A stretch of 64,000 bases of DNA from Flavobacteriaceae bacterium. Lineage in GTDB: Bacteria; Bacteroidota; Bacteroidia; Flavobacteriales; Flavobacteriaceae. Location of the stretch: positions 3,729 to 67,728 of the forward strand of contig PBJZ01000018.1 of NCBI GenBank assembly GCA_002721275.1, written 5' to 3'. Of this stretch, positions 46,318-57,087 are shown piece by piece (within the stretch, counting starts at the first letter, position 1; each line of letters begins with the position of its first letter). The notes under the pieces were generated by a model. It saw nothing but the letters and a program-made list of their open reading frames with translations. It made no database searches and was not told the origin of the DNA. Position numbers and translations under genes: made by a program.

Positions 46318-47667
46318 TTATGAGAAAAAACCCTCCACCTTGTCAACAACCTCTGTAAGACAACAAACAAGTACCCTATCCTCCGATTTAATTATATAAT
46401 CTCCAAGTGCAATAATTCCTCTGCCATTTTTAATGACTCCGCCTATTATGGCAGATCTTGGAAAATTCAAATCTTTAATTTTTTTATCACAAACTATTGA
46501 TTTTTGATTTACAATAAACTCCAAAATCTCGACATCTAAATTATTTAACATGGTCATTTCAACAACATCTCCTCTTCTAATATACCTGAAGATTGTATTT
46601 GCAGTTAAAAGTTTTTTGTTTATCAAATTGTCTATCCCAATAGAATGTGAAAGTTTAAAATAGTCCATATTTTCAACCAATGCAACTGTCTTAGAAACAT
46701 TATTGGAATTAGCCATTAAACAAGAAATTATATTTGTCTCCGAGTTACCAGTAATGGAAATGAATGCATCCATCAAATTTAAATTTTCTTCTTCCAATAA
46801 TTCTAAATTAGTACCATCTCCATTAATTACAACAGCATCCGGAAGCTTATCAGCTAAATCAATTGCTTTGGAATTATTTTGCTCGATTAAAGTGACATTT
46901 ATTTTTTTTTGTAAAAGTTTTTTAGTCGTATGCAATGCAATCTTTCCACCACCTAAAACCATAACATTTTTGACTGGCTTTTTTACTTTACCTGCAAGCT
47001 TATATATTTCATTAACACCCTCCTTCAATGTAATAAAGTATGCAATATCGCTTTCATAAAAAATTGTATTACCCCTTGGAATTATTGAATTTTTTGCTTC
47101 TTTTCTTTGAATAGCTACTGGCATAAAGTGAATATCATTATAAACCGAAGCTGCTTCCATAACCGTCTTACCAACAAAAGGAGCTTCCTTTTCCAACGAG
47201 GTTCCAACTAATGTCAGAGCTCCTTCATCAAATTTGTGGTTATTAAAAAAAGCAGATTGATCTAATAACTCCTGTATCTCACTAGCAGCAAGATCTTCGG
47301 GAGAAATTAATTCATCAACACCAATATTCTTAAGATTTACAAAATTATCTTGTTTTAAAAACTCAATAGTTGAAATTCTTGCAATAGTCTTTTTACAACC
47401 AAGTTGTTTTGATAGTGATGCTACTGTGATATTTGTAGTTTCATGAGATGTTACAGCAATTAATAGATCTGCATTTCCAATATCTGCTTCATTTAAAATT
47501 GATATTGACACACAATTACCTCTAATTGTTCTGATATCCAAGTGACTTTCAGCATATGCTAATGAATCTTTATTGATATCAATAAGTGTAATTTCCAATG
47601 ATTCTAATGATAATAATTTTGCTAAGTGAAAACCAACCTCACCCGCACCAGCTATAACAATTTTCAT
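46318..47667 (-). CDS. trkA: Trk system NAD-binding subunit TrkA (tandem RCK/KTN domains)
   Basis: 449 aa with two Rossmann motifs, MKIVIAGAGEVG and VMVLGGGKIA. Confidence 0.9.
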   Translation of the reverse strand: MKIVIAGAGEVGFHLAKLLSLESLEITLIDINKDSLAYAESHLDIRTIRGNCVSISILNEADIGNADLLIAVTSHETTNITVASLSKQLGCKKTIARISTIEFLKQDNFVNLKNIGVDELISPEDLAASEIQELLDQSAFFNNHKFDEGALTLVGTSLEKEAPFVGKTVMEAASVYNDIHFMPVAIQRKEAKNSIIPRGNTIFYESDIAYFITLKEGVNEIYKLAGKVKKPVKNVMVLGGGKIALHTTKKLLQKKINVTLIEQNNSKAIDLADKLPDAVVINGDGTNLELLEEENLNLMDAFISITGNSETNIISCLMANSNNVSKTVALVENMDYFKLSHSIGIDNLINKKLLTANTIFRYIRRGDVVEMTMLNNLDVEILEFIVNQKSIVCDKKIKDLNFPRSAIIGGVIKNGRGIIALGDYIIKSEDRVLVCCLTEVVDKVEGFFS

Positions 47668-47690
47668 ATAATATTTGGAAAAATTTAAAT

Positions 47691-47698
47691 CAAATATA
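47691..47698 (-). promoter_or_regulatory. Candidate -7 box (TATATTTG) for trkA-trkH
   Basis: The plus strand reads caaatata. It lies 23 nt upstream of the trkA ATG at 47667. Confidence 0.35.
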
Positions 47699-47756
47699 CA
47701 AATTCAATGAAAAGAATCAGATAAGTTTAATCTAAACATTGGGTGCCGAAATTATA

Positions 47757-47764
47757 TATCTTTG
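47757..47764 (+). promoter_or_regulatory. Candidate -7 box (TATCTTTG) 7 nt upstream of the ubiE/menG ATG
   Basis: Exact TAnnTTTG match. The ATG is at 47772. Confidence 0.4.
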
Positions 47765-47771
47765 ATGAGAA

Positions 47772-48500
47772 ATGATCAAAAAGGTAAAACCATACAACAC
47801 TCACGAATCAAAAAAATTACAAATATCAAAAATGTTTGATAAAATTTCTATCAAATATGATATTACCAACAAACTAATTTCATTAGGCCTAGATACTATT
47901 TGGAGAAGAAAATTAGTAAAGATAATTTCATTAATTAAACCAAAAAAAACACTTGATGTCGCCACAGGAACTGCAGATGTTGCAATTGAATTAACAAAAA
48001 TTGAAAATAATAAAGTTTTTGGGATAGATATATCAAACAATATGATTGAGTTGGGGGAAAAAAAAATCATTAGACTAAAACTCGACAATAAAATAAAGTT
48101 AATTAATCAGGATGTAGAAAAAATGAAATTCAACAGCAACTCTTTTGATGCAGTCACAATAGCCTTTGGAGTGAGAAATTTTGAAAATATAAATAAAGCT
48201 TTAAAGGAAATTTTTCGCGTACTTAAAAGTAATGGTATTCTTGTTATATTAGAGACTTCGATTCCGGAAAATTTGATCTTGAAAAATATTCATAAATTAT
48301 ACTTAAGAATAATTATGCCAATAATTGGATTGATAACTTCATCTGATATTAATGCATATAAATATTTAGCACTCTCAACAATGAATTTTCCCAATAAATC
48401 CGTTTTCAACAATATTTTGTTAAAAAATGGGTTTATTAAAGTAAATGTAAAAAAACATTCATTTGGAATAGTCTCGATATACAGTGCAAGCAAACCTTAA
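47772..48500 (+). CDS. ubiE: Demethylmenaquinone / ubiquinone C-methyltransferase
   Basis: 242 aa with MFD.IS..YD..N...SLG.D..WRR and the SAM motif LDVATGTADVA. Confidence 0.9.
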   Translation: MIKKVKPYNTHESKKLQISKMFDKISIKYDITNKLISLGLDTIWRRKLVKIISLIKPKKTLDVATGTADVAIELTKIENNKVFGIDISNNMIELGEKKIIRLKLDNKIKLINQDVEKMKFNSNSFDAVTIAFGVRNFENINKALKEIFRVLKSNGILVILETSIPENLILKNIHKLYLRIIMPIIGLITSSDINAYKYLALSTMNFPNKSVFNNILLKNGFIKVNVKKHSFGIVSIYSASKP

Positions 48501-49218
48501 AAAATATTTTTACTTTTCATTTCTTCTTTTGGCTATCGGCCTGAAAGGTCAATATTCTTCAGTTAGAGAACGGATAACTAACCTTCCAAATTTTGATGAA
48601 AAAATTTTACACTATGGGTATTATGTAGGGACCAACTCGTATGACTTTAAGTTTGAATACATTGATAACTATTATAGACTTAATAATTATAATGACATTC
48701 AAGTTAATTCTTCATCAGGATTTAATGTAGGTTTAATAGGTGATTTAAGAATTAATAAATATTTTAACTTAAGGTTAGAACCCGGACTTTTATACACCCA
48801 AAGAGATCTTGTCTACCCATCATTACCAATATTTGACTCAGAAAATGATTTAATTAGAGAAGTTAAATCAACTTACATACATATTCCATTACTAATAAAA
48901 ATTAGTGCAAAAAGAATAAATAATTTTAAACCATATATTACATTTGGTATTTCAACTGATTACAATCTATCCAGCAACTCCAGGAACACTGATGATAATT
49001 CAAGTAATGTCTTTAGAACAAATTCAAAATCCTTCAACTACGAATTAGGATTTGGTTTTGATTTTTATCTCTATTATTTTAAATTTTCACCATCTATTAG
49101 AGGAATATTTTCATTGAACAATGAACTGATATCAGATTATGATTTAAATAGTCCATGGACCAGCAATATAAAAAATATGTATTCAAGAGGTTTAGTAATA
49201 AATTTCACTTTCGAATAG
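48484..49218 (+). CDS. Outer-membrane beta-barrel protein, PorT/SprT-like (type IX secretion-associated); family assignment tentative
   Basis: 244 aa with a GTG start, a signal-like N-terminus, and an alternating beta-strand pattern ending in an aromatic residue (...LVINFTFE). The N-terminal ..NLPNFDEKILHYGYYVG.NSYDFKF.. motif and the position next to ubiE match my recollection of flavobacterial porT. This is not verified. Confidence 0.5.
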   Translation: MQANLKKYFYFSFLLLAIGLKGQYSSVRERITNLPNFDEKILHYGYYVGTNSYDFKFEYIDNYYRLNNYNDIQVNSSSGFNVGLIGDLRINKYFNLRLEPGLLYTQRDLVYPSLPIFDSENDLIREVKSTYIHIPLLIKISAKRINNFKPYITFGISTDYNLSSNSRNTDDNSSNVFRTNSKSFNYELGFGFDFYLYYFKFSPSIRGIFSLNNELISDYDLNSPWTSNIKNMYSRGLVINFTFE

Positions 49219-49939
49219 CTTTTTTATTCTGTCTAAAATTTTCAGCAAGTAATATTGAAACCGATGACGCAATATTTAAGCTATTAACTACTTTATTTTT
49301 TTTTGGAATTGATATTTGCTCATCTGTAATGTTAATTACCTTGTTAGAAATACCATTAGATTCATTTCCAAAAACAAAAACCGACTTTTTCTTAAAAGAA
49401 GTGTCATAAATAGATCTAGAATTCAAATCAGTTCCATAAATCATATGGTTAATTTTTTTTAAATAATCAGGTAAATCCATATAATAACAAAAAACTCTTG
49501 AAATTGAACCCATTGATGCTTGAACAACTTTTGAATTGAAACAATCTACAGAGTTTCTACTGCAAATAATATGCTTAACACCATACCAATCGCATGTTCT
49601 AATAATTGTCCCTAGATTTCCTGGATCAGAAATATGATCTAAGGCAACAATTGTTTCACTCTCATTTAAAATTTTATAATCATAAATTGGCTTGATAAAA
49701 ACTCCTAAATAATTACTTGAATTTTTGAAATGTGTTATTTTTTTCATTTGATCATTCGAAATTATAACACTATCAATATCAAAATTTTCAATTGTCGAAA
49801 AAATATAATGAAAACCAAAATTTGCCTGAAGCAGCTCTAAAACAACCTTTTCTCCCTCAGCAACAAACAAGCCAGTTTTTTCTCTAAATTTCTTAAATTT
49901 TAATTGTTTTATTTGTTTAATCTGACTTTTTGTAACCAT
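49205..49939 (-). CDS. TrmH/SpoU-family RNA methyltransferase
   Basis: 244 aa with SpoU motifs (D.ISDPGNLGTIIRT, VFGNESNGIS, LN.A.S..I). Confidence 0.8.
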   Translation of the reverse strand: MVTKSQIKQIKQLKFKKFREKTGLFVAEGEKVVLELLQANFGFHYIFSTIENFDIDSVIISNDQMKKITHFKNSSNYLGVFIKPIYDYKILNESETIVALDHISDPGNLGTIIRTCDWYGVKHIICSRNSVDCFNSKVVQASMGSISRVFCYYMDLPDYLKKINHMIYGTDLNSRSIYDTSFKKKSVFVFGNESNGISNKVINITDEQISIPKKNKVVNSLNIASSVSILLAENFRQNKKAIRK

Positions 49940-49976
49940 TCAAAAAATGTACTTTTACTATTAATTAATCTTCAAA

Positions 49977-52511
49977 TTGAAATATTTAGGACCTAAATTA
50001 CGCAATCTACTTTTTATTTCAATACTATTAAGTAATTGTAGTACTGATAGGTTCTTAAAAGAAGGAGAAACTATTTTATCTGAAAACAAATTAATTATTG
50101 ATGGTCAAGAAAAAAAAAGGGATTTTTCGAACCAATTACTTTTTCCAAAAAAAGACAACAAAAACTTTTTATCCTTAATTAAATACCAACTTAATAATTG
50201 GTCAAAAGAAAATCCAGATAAAAACTTTGATAATTGGATCAATAAAAAACCTAAAAGAGAGAAAAGATTAAACAATTTATTGTCAGCAAAACAAGTTAAT
50301 CAGCTAAAAAAATATTATATAAAATACAATAATTGGTTATTGAAAAATGGAAGCACTCCCAATTTAGTTGACAACTCTGAAATTTCAAAAAATATCAAAA
50401 GACTAATACAATACTACAAAAACCGAGGTTATTTTGATGTGATTTTAAATAGTAAAAAAATTAAGATAACAGATAATCAAGAAGAAGTATTATACAACGT
50501 TAATCTAAATGAGAGGTATACTATTGACAATGTAATTGAAGAAATTGAAAATGAGGATTTAAAAGAGATTTATACAAAAAATATGAAAAGTAGTTTTTTA
50601 AGACCCGGCAATCCATTTATAATTGAAAGTCTAGAAAATGAAAGAAACAGATTATTAAAGTTATACAGAAATAATGGGGTATACAATTTTCGAGAAAGCA
50701 GTTTAAAGTTCATTGCAAAAATTGATAGTAGTGGAATTGATAAAAAAATATCAATTGTTCTTAAAATAAATCCTATAACCAGCAGAAATAAGGATTCTCT
50801 ATTTAAAATTCCTTACAAAAAATTCAAAGTAAATGAGGTTAAATTATTTATTGAATCGCAAAATGCAGATTACATTGGGTACGATTTCAATTATAATTAT
50901 GAAAATTTTAAGATTTTTTCAAAAACAAAACTTAATTACAAAGAAAAAGCTGTTACTGACCCAATATTTATAAAAATAAATGACTGGTACAGTGACAAAG
51001 ATAGGGCGTTAACGTATCGTTATTATAATTCTTTGAGAAACTTTAATTATCCTAGTATTATTTATAAAAAAAACTCAGATAGTACACTTACATCATCCAT
51101 TTATTTGACACCAAAAGAAAGATTTTCACTTGGTTTAGATGCGGATATATCTCACTCTAATATTCAAAATTTTGGTATGGGATTTGGACTATCAACAGGT
51201 GTAAGAAATATTTTCAAGGGGACAGAGATTTTGGATTTTGGAATTAAAAATACTCTTGGTGCGTCAAGAAATTCTGCAGACAGAAACGATAGGTTTTTCA
51301 ATATATTTGAATTAGGAGGTGATATAAAAATTAGCTTTCCTAGGATTATATCACCTTTTTCATTAGAGAAAATAATTGCTAGAGATATGGATCCAAATAC
51401 ACAATTAACCTTTGGAACCACATTGCAAAAAAATATTGGATTAGATAAACAATACTTTGGTACAACATTCGAATACAAATGGAGACCATCTGACAAAAAA
51501 AGATTTAATTTCAAGCTAATTGACCTGGAGTTCGTAAATAATAAAAATATTGAAAATTATTTCAATGTGTACAGAAACTCTTATGACAGATTAAACACAA
51601 TTGCCAATAAATATAGGCTTTCGGATAACTATTATGATGAAAATGATAATTTAATAATACCTTTTGGCACAAATTTATTCATTGAAAATTTTGAAAATAG
51701 CCTGATTTCAACTTTGACCCAGGAAGAACAAGCAGCATTAAGAAGTATAAGTGAGCGTAGAAATAGGTTAACTGTAAATAATTTAATTCTTGGATCTTCT
51801 TTAAGCCTAAATTATAACAATCAAGAGAATCTGTTGGATGAGGATTTTTACCAACTAAGATGGAAGATTGAATGGGTAGGTAATCTACTTAATAGTTTTT
51901 TAAAGACAACATCTGAGAAAAATATTTATGGAAATTATGAAATAAATGGGGTCACTCCGTCTCAGTATATAAAAACTGATATTGATCTGATTAAACATGT
52001 ATCAGTAGGAAGGGATAGAATTTTTGCTTTTAGATTTTTCAGCGGTTTAGCCTTACCAGTCGGAAACTCTAGAAATATTCCATTTTCTAGATCTTATTTT
52101 GCAGGAGGAGCAAATGATAATAGAGCATGGAAAGCATATAAACTTGGGCCTGGAACAAGTGATAACTATAATGAGTTTAACGAGGCTAATTTAAAAATTT
52201 CAATGAATATGGAATATCGTTTTCCATTGTCAGGCCCATTAAAAGGAGCTGTCTTTATTGATTCTGGTAATATTTGGAACTTTCAGGATAATGTAATTGA
52301 TCCAAAAGCAAGTTTCGACAGTATATCTGACCTGAGCGAGATTGCAATAGGATCAGGAATTGGATTAAGATATGATTTTGATTTTTTTGTTTTTAGATTT
52401 GACACTGGTTTTAAAACCTTTAATCCATCTCTTGAAAAGAATAAAAGGTGGCTTTCAGAGTTTTCATTGAAACAAGCTGTATTTAATATTGGAATCAACT
52501 ACCCTTTTTAA
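49977..52511 (+). CDS. Omp85 (BamA/TamA) family outer-membrane protein
   Basis: 844 aa with a TTG start and a lipoprotein-like N-terminus (LLSNCS). The C-terminal surface-antigen (D15) barrel has the motif F.AGG.N..R.W......GPG and ends in an aromatic residue (...INYPF). Confidence 0.75.
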   Translation: MKYLGPKLRNLLFISILLSNCSTDRFLKEGETILSENKLIIDGQEKKRDFSNQLLFPKKDNKNFLSLIKYQLNNWSKENPDKNFDNWINKKPKREKRLNNLLSAKQVNQLKKYYIKYNNWLLKNGSTPNLVDNSEISKNIKRLIQYYKNRGYFDVILNSKKIKITDNQEEVLYNVNLNERYTIDNVIEEIENEDLKEIYTKNMKSSFLRPGNPFIIESLENERNRLLKLYRNNGVYNFRESSLKFIAKIDSSGIDKKISIVLKINPITSRNKDSLFKIPYKKFKVNEVKLFIESQNADYIGYDFNYNYENFKIFSKTKLNYKEKAVTDPIFIKINDWYSDKDRALTYRYYNSLRNFNYPSIIYKKNSDSTLTSSIYLTPKERFSLGLDADISHSNIQNFGMGFGLSTGVRNIFKGTEILDFGIKNTLGASRNSADRNDRFFNIFELGGDIKISFPRIISPFSLEKIIARDMDPNTQLTFGTTLQKNIGLDKQYFGTTFEYKWRPSDKKRFNFKLIDLEFVNNKNIENYFNVYRNSYDRLNTIANKYRLSDNYYDENDNLIIPFGTNLFIENFENSLISTLTQEEQAALRSISERRNRLTVNNLILGSSLSLNYNNQENLLDEDFYQLRWKIEWVGNLLNSFLKTTSEKNIYGNYEINGVTPSQYIKTDIDLIKHVSVGRDRIFAFRFFSGLALPVGNSRNIPFSRSYFAGGANDNRAWKAYKLGPGTSDNYNEFNEANLKISMNMEYRFPLSGPLKGAVFIDSGNIWNFQDNVIDPKASFDSISDLSEIAIGSGIGLRYDFDFFVFRFDTGFKTFNPSLEKNKRWLSEFSLKQAVFNIGINYPF

Positions 52512-52545
52512 TAATTATTCTTAATATTGCCAAAAAAGATTTGTT

Positions 52546-53616
52546 ATGAGTTTATCCTTTGGGCCTGGTGTTGTAACTGGAGAAAATGTTCAAGAAATTT
52601 TTGAATTAGCTAAAGAAAAAAAGTTTGCATTACCAGCAGTCAACGTCATTGGCTCCAATTCAATCAATGCTGTTTTGGAAACCGCCTCACTTTTAAACAG
52701 TCCAGTTATTATTCAATTTTCAAATGGTGGATCTCAATTTAACGCAGGTAAAGGTTTGTCAAATGAAAATCAGAAATCAGCAATTTACGGGGCAATTTCT
52801 GGAGCTAAACATATTCATGAGTTAGCCAAACATTACGGAGCATATGTTATTATACATACTGATCACTGTGCTAAAAATTTATTACCATGGCTAGATGGAC
52901 TAATAGATGCTAATGAAAAATTTTTTAAAGAAAATGGTACATCATTATTTAGCTCTCACATGATTGATCTTTCTGAGGAACCTCTGCATGAAAATATTGG
53001 GATTTGCAAAAATTACCTCAAAAGAATGTCTAAAATGAAAATGACACTAGAAATTGAATTAGGAGTGACTGGGGGGGAAGAAGACGGGGTTGATAACAGT
53101 GATATAGATATATCAAAATTATACACTCAGCCCGATGAAGTATTGTATGCATACAAGAAACTAAAAGAAGTAAGTTCTCAATTTACTATCGCAGCTGCCT
53201 TTGGCAATGTTCATGGTGTTTATAAACCTGGAAATGTTAAACTTACTCCAAAAATTTTAAAAAATTCCCAAGAACATATATCAAAAACACTTGGTTTACC
53301 GCACAATACAGTTAATTTTGTATTCCATGGCGGTTCAGGTTCATCAAAAGCTGAAATTAAAGAGGCTATTGGATATGGAGTAGTCAAAATGAATATTGAT
53401 ACTGATTTGCAATATGCTTTTAATGAGGGTGTTAGGGATTACATCAAAAATAATTTTGATTATTTAAACTCACAGGTAGGAAATCCCAGAGGGTCTGATT
53501 TTCCAAACAAAAAATATTATGACCCAAGAAAATGGTTAAGATTAGGGGAAGAAACACTTATAAAACGTTTAAAAAAAGCTTTTGAGGATTTAAATAATGT
53601 TAATACATTAGACTAA
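52546..53616 (+). CDS. fba: Class II fructose-bisphosphate aldolase
   Basis: 356 aa with HTDHC, ELG.TGG.EDGVDN and FVFHGGSGS motifs. Confidence 0.95.
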   Translation: MSLSFGPGVVTGENVQEIFELAKEKKFALPAVNVIGSNSINAVLETASLLNSPVIIQFSNGGSQFNAGKGLSNENQKSAIYGAISGAKHIHELAKHYGAYVIIHTDHCAKNLLPWLDGLIDANEKFFKENGTSLFSSHMIDLSEEPLHENIGICKNYLKRMSKMKMTLEIELGVTGGEEDGVDNSDIDISKLYTQPDEVLYAYKKLKEVSSQFTIAAAFGNVHGVYKPGNVKLTPKILKNSQEHISKTLGLPHNTVNFVFHGGSGSSKAEIKEAIGYGVVKMNIDTDLQYAFNEGVRDYIKNNFDYLNSQVGNPRGSDFPNKKYYDPRKWLRLGEETLIKRLKKAFEDLNNVNTLD

Positions 53617-53627
53617 ATTTTACAACT

Positions 53628-54485
53628 ATGAGTTGGTTCAAAAGGAGTAAAAAGGGAATTTTAACAAAAACAGAGGAAAAAAAAAATATTCCTGAAGGCC
53701 TTTGGTACAAAACTCCCTCTGGTAAAGTTGTTGAAACTAAAGAATTAGCTGAAAATTTTTATGTAAGTCCTGAAGATGACTACCATGTTCATATTGGAAG
53801 CAAGGAATATTTTGAAATAATTTTTGATGAAAATGATTTTCAAGAGCTAAATAAAGGTCTTAAGCCAAAAGACTTTTTAAAATTTGTTGATAACAAAAAA
53901 TACAAAGACAGAATAAAAGAAGCTCAAAAGAAAACAAATTTAAACGATGCATTAAGAACAGCAGTTGGTAAATCTAAAGGCAAAGATTTGGTCGTTTGTT
54001 GTATGGATTTCGCTTTCATCGGTGGTTCTATGGGATCTGTTGTTGGAGAAAAAATTTCTAGAGCAACAGATTTTTGCATAAAAAACTCATTACCACTATT
54101 AGTCATATCCAAATCCGGTGGAGCAAGAATGATGGAATCTGCAACCTCATTAATGCAAATGGCAAAAACATCAGCTAAACTTGCTCATTTAGCTGAAGCA
54201 AGGCTTCCATACATTTCATTATGCACAGATCCAACAACGGGGGGAACCACAGCATCATTCGCAATGTTAGGTGATATAAATATTGCAGAGCCAAATGCGC
54301 TGATTGCTTTTGCAGGCCCAAGGGTTGTGAAAGACACAACTGGAAAAGACCTTCCAGCAGGATTTCAAAAAAGTGAATTTTTGAAAGAAAAAGGTTTTTT
54401 AGATTTTATTGTTCACAGAAGTAAATTAAAAGATAAAGTCAATGAATACATTGACTTAATTCTTAACAGGCCACTTAGGAAATAA
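53628..54485 (+). CDS. accD: Acetyl-CoA carboxylase carboxyltransferase beta subunit
   Basis: 285 aa with the MSWF.R...... N-terminus, and [22 protein letters not shown] and LTDPTTGG motifs. Confidence 0.93.
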   Translation: MSWFKRSKKGILTKTEEKKNIPEGLWYKTPSGKVVETKELAENFYVSPEDDYHVHIGSKEYFEIIFDENDFQELNKGLKPKDFLKFVDNKKYKDRIKEAQKKTNLNDALRTAVGKSKGKDLVVCCMDFAFIGGSMGSVVGEKISRATDFCIKNSLPLLVISKSGGARMMESATSLMQMAKTSAKLAHLAEARLPYISLCTDPTTGGTTASFAMLGDINIAEPNALIAFAGPRVVKDTTGKDLPAGFQKSEFLKEKGFLDFIVHRSKLKDKVNEYIDLILNRPLRK

Positions 54486-54511
54486 TAAAAGATTTAATTA
54501 TCAAAATTGTA

Positions 54512-54519
54512 TATATTTG
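54512..54519 (+). promoter_or_regulatory. Candidate -7 box (TATATTTG) for rpsO(-pnp)
   Basis: Exact TAnnTTTG match, 43 nt upstream of the rpsO ATG at 54563. Confidence 0.35.
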
Positions 54520-54562
54520 CACTCGAAATTAATCTTACAAAAAATTTTTTAAAAAAAAAATA

Positions 54563-54832
54563 ATGCATATTAACAAAAAAGTTAAAGAAGATCTTTTTAA
54601 AAAATACGGAAAATCTATAACAAATACAGGTTCAACTGAGGGACAAATTGCTCTTTTTTCGAAAAGAATAAATCATTTATCTGACCACCTAAAGAAGAAT
54701 AACAAAGACTTTAATACTGAACGTGCTTTAGTTAGTATGGTTGGTAAAAGAAGAAACCTTCTTGATTACTTAAAATCTAAAGATATTGGAAAGTACCGTT
54801 CAATAATTAAAGAACTAAAAATAAGAAAATAG
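54563..54832 (+). CDS. rpsO: 30S ribosomal protein S15
   Basis: 89 aa with TGS.E.QIA.....I..L..HLK....D....R.L...V..RR.LL.YL. Confidence 0.95.
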   Translation: MHINKKVKEDLFKKYGKSITNTGSTEGQIALFSKRINHLSDHLKKNNKDFNTERALVSMVGKRRNLLDYLKSKDIGKYRSIIKELKIRK

Positions 54833-54893
54833 TTCTAACTTTTATATTTTTCATTGGTTGCTAAACACACAACAATAACTTAAACCTTGAAAA

Positions 54894-57020
54894 ATGAAAC
54901 CAAAAACATATAAAGAATCAATTAAATTACCTGATGGTAGGGTTATTACAATAGAGACGGGAAAATTAGCCAAACAGGCCCACGGCTCAGTTGTTGTTCA
55001 AATGGGAAATGCCATGTTGCTATGTACGGTAGTCTCAAATTATGAATCAAGTAATTTAGACTTCCTTCCCTTGACAGTTGATTACAGAGAAAAATTTGCT
55101 GCTGCTGGAAGATATCCTGGGGGGTTTTTTAAAAGAGAGGCAAGACCAAGTGATGGGGAAATATTGACGATGAGAATTGTAGATAGGGTTTTGAGGCCTC
55201 TTTTCCCAAAAGATTATCATGCTGAAACTCAGGTGATGATACAATTAATGTCTCATGATGAAAATGTCATGCCTGATTCTTTAGCAGGTCTTGCTGCATC
55301 TGCTGCAATTCAATTAAGTGATCTTCCATTTGAATGTCCAATTTCAGAAGTTAGAGTAGCAAGAATTAAAGATGACTTTATTATTAATCCAAGTCGATCA
55401 CAACTTCTTGAATCTGATATCGACATGGTAGTCGGTGCGTCTAAAGATTCAGTTATGATGGTTGAGGGTGAGATGAAAGAGGTTTCAGAAGAAGAGATGG
55501 CTAGTGCAATAAAATTTGCTCATGAAGCAATTAAAGTTCAAATTGAGGCACAAGAAAAATTAGCAAAAGCATACGGAAAAAAAGAAATACGAGACTATGA
55601 AACTTCTGACATCAATGAAGAACTAGAAAAAAAAATATACGATTTAACCTATGAAAAATGTTACAAGATCGCAAAAAAAGGAACCTCAAAAAAAGAAAGA
55701 GGCTCAGCATTTGCCGAACTAAAAGAAGAACTTAAATCAAATTTTACAGAAGAAGAGCTTGAGGAATTTGGGGAAATGATTAATGAATATTATAGAAAAG
55801 CTGAGAAAAATGCAATTCGAGAACTTACATTAAGCGAAGGAATAAGGCTCGATGGCAGAAAAACATCTGAAATAAGACCAATATGGTGTGAGGTTGATTA
55901 CTTACCCTCCACACACGGATCCTCAATTTTTTCTAGAGGTGAAACACAAGCACTTGCGACTGTTACTTTAGGAACGTCCAGAGAAGCTAATAAAATTGAC
56001 ATGCCATCGTTTGAAGGAGAAGAAAAATTTTATCTTCATTATAACTTTCCACCCTTCTGTACAGGCGAGGCTAGACCTCTGAGGGGTACATCAAGGAGAG
56101 AAATTGGACATGGAAACTTAGCGCAAAGAGGACTGAAGGGTGTTATTCCGGAAAGCTGCCCATATACTGTTCGGTTAGTATCTGAAGTTTTAGAATCAAA
56201 TGGATCGTCATCAATGGCTACAGTTTGTGCTGGAACTATGGCCCTAATGGATGCTGGGGTTCAGATATCAAGTCCAGTATCAGGCATAGCAATGGGTTTA
56301 ATATCAGACGGTAAAAGATACGCTGTTTTGAGCGATATATTAGGTGACGAAGATCATTTAGGCGATATGGATTTTAAAGTAACTGGAACTTACAAAGGGA
56401 TAACAGCATGTCAAATGGATATCAAAATAAAAGGTCTCTCATATGAAATACTAGTTAAAGCATTAAAACAGGCCAAGGATGGTAGATTACATATTTTAGA
56501 TAAATTAACTGAAACTATAGAAAAACCAAATTCAGAGGTTAAACCACACTCACCGAAAATGATAACCAGAAGGATTCCTAACGAATTTATAGGTCCATTC
56601 ATTGGTCCCGGAGGAAAGGTAATTCAGGAATTACAAAAAGAAACAGGTTGTACAATTGTAATAAATGAAGACTCTGAAACAGAAGAAGGTATTGTCGAGA
56701 TTCTTGGAACAGATCAAGATGGAATTGAAAGAGTTCTCACCAAGATAGACTCATTGTTATTCAAACCGGAGAAAGGTAACTCTTATAAGGTTAAAGTAAT
56801 TAAAATTTTAGATTTTGGTGCTGTAGTAGAGTATGTTGATGCGCCTGGAAATGAGGTTCTACTTCATATTAGTGAAATTGCCTGGGAAAGAACAGAAGAT
56901 GTCAACAAAGTATTTAAAATTGGAGATTTATTGGATGTAAAATATTTTGGAATTGATCCAAGGACAAGAAAAGAAAAGGTATCCAGAAAAGCACTTTTAA
57001 AAAAACCTGAGAGAAACTAA
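54894..57020 (+). CDS. pnp: Polyribonucleotide nucleotidyltransferase (PNPase)
   Basis: 708 aa with two RNase PH domains (..DGR...E.R....), a KH domain (IGPGGK.I) and a C-terminal S1 domain. Confidence 0.96.
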   Translation: MKPKTYKESIKLPDGRVITIETGKLAKQAHGSVVVQMGNAMLLCTVVSNYESSNLDFLPLTVDYREKFAAAGRYPGGFFKREARPSDGEILTMRIVDRVLRPLFPKDYHAETQVMIQLMSHDENVMPDSLAGLAASAAIQLSDLPFECPISEVRVARIKDDFIINPSRSQLLESDIDMVVGASKDSVMMVEGEMKEVSEEEMASAIKFAHEAIKVQIEAQEKLAKAYGKKEIRDYETSDINEELEKKIYDLTYEKCYKIAKKGTSKKERGSAFAELKEELKSNFTEEELEEFGEMINEYYRKAEKNAIRELTLSEGIRLDGRKTSEIRPIWCEVDYLPSTHGSSIFSRGETQALATVTLGTSREANKIDMPSFEGEEKFYLHYNFPPFCTGEARPLRGTSRREIGHGNLAQRGLKGVIPESCPYTVRLVSEVLESNGSSSMATVCAGTMALMDAGVQISSPVSGIAMGLISDGKRYAVLSDILGDEDHLGDMDFKVTGTYKGITACQMDIKIKGLSYEILVKALKQAKDGRLHILDKLTETIEKPNSEVKPHSPKMITRRIPNEFIGPFIGPGGKVIQELQKETGCTIVINEDSETEEGIVEILGTDQDGIERVLTKIDSLLFKPEKGNSYKVKVIKILDFGAVVEYVDAPGNEVLLHISEIAWERTEDVNKVFKIGDLLDVKYFGIDPRTRKEKVSRKALLKKPERN

Positions 57021-57087
57021 ATAATTTTTATTGTTTTTGTAACCTTTTTAAATATAATACGTATAAGTCTATAGAAAGAAATCTTAC

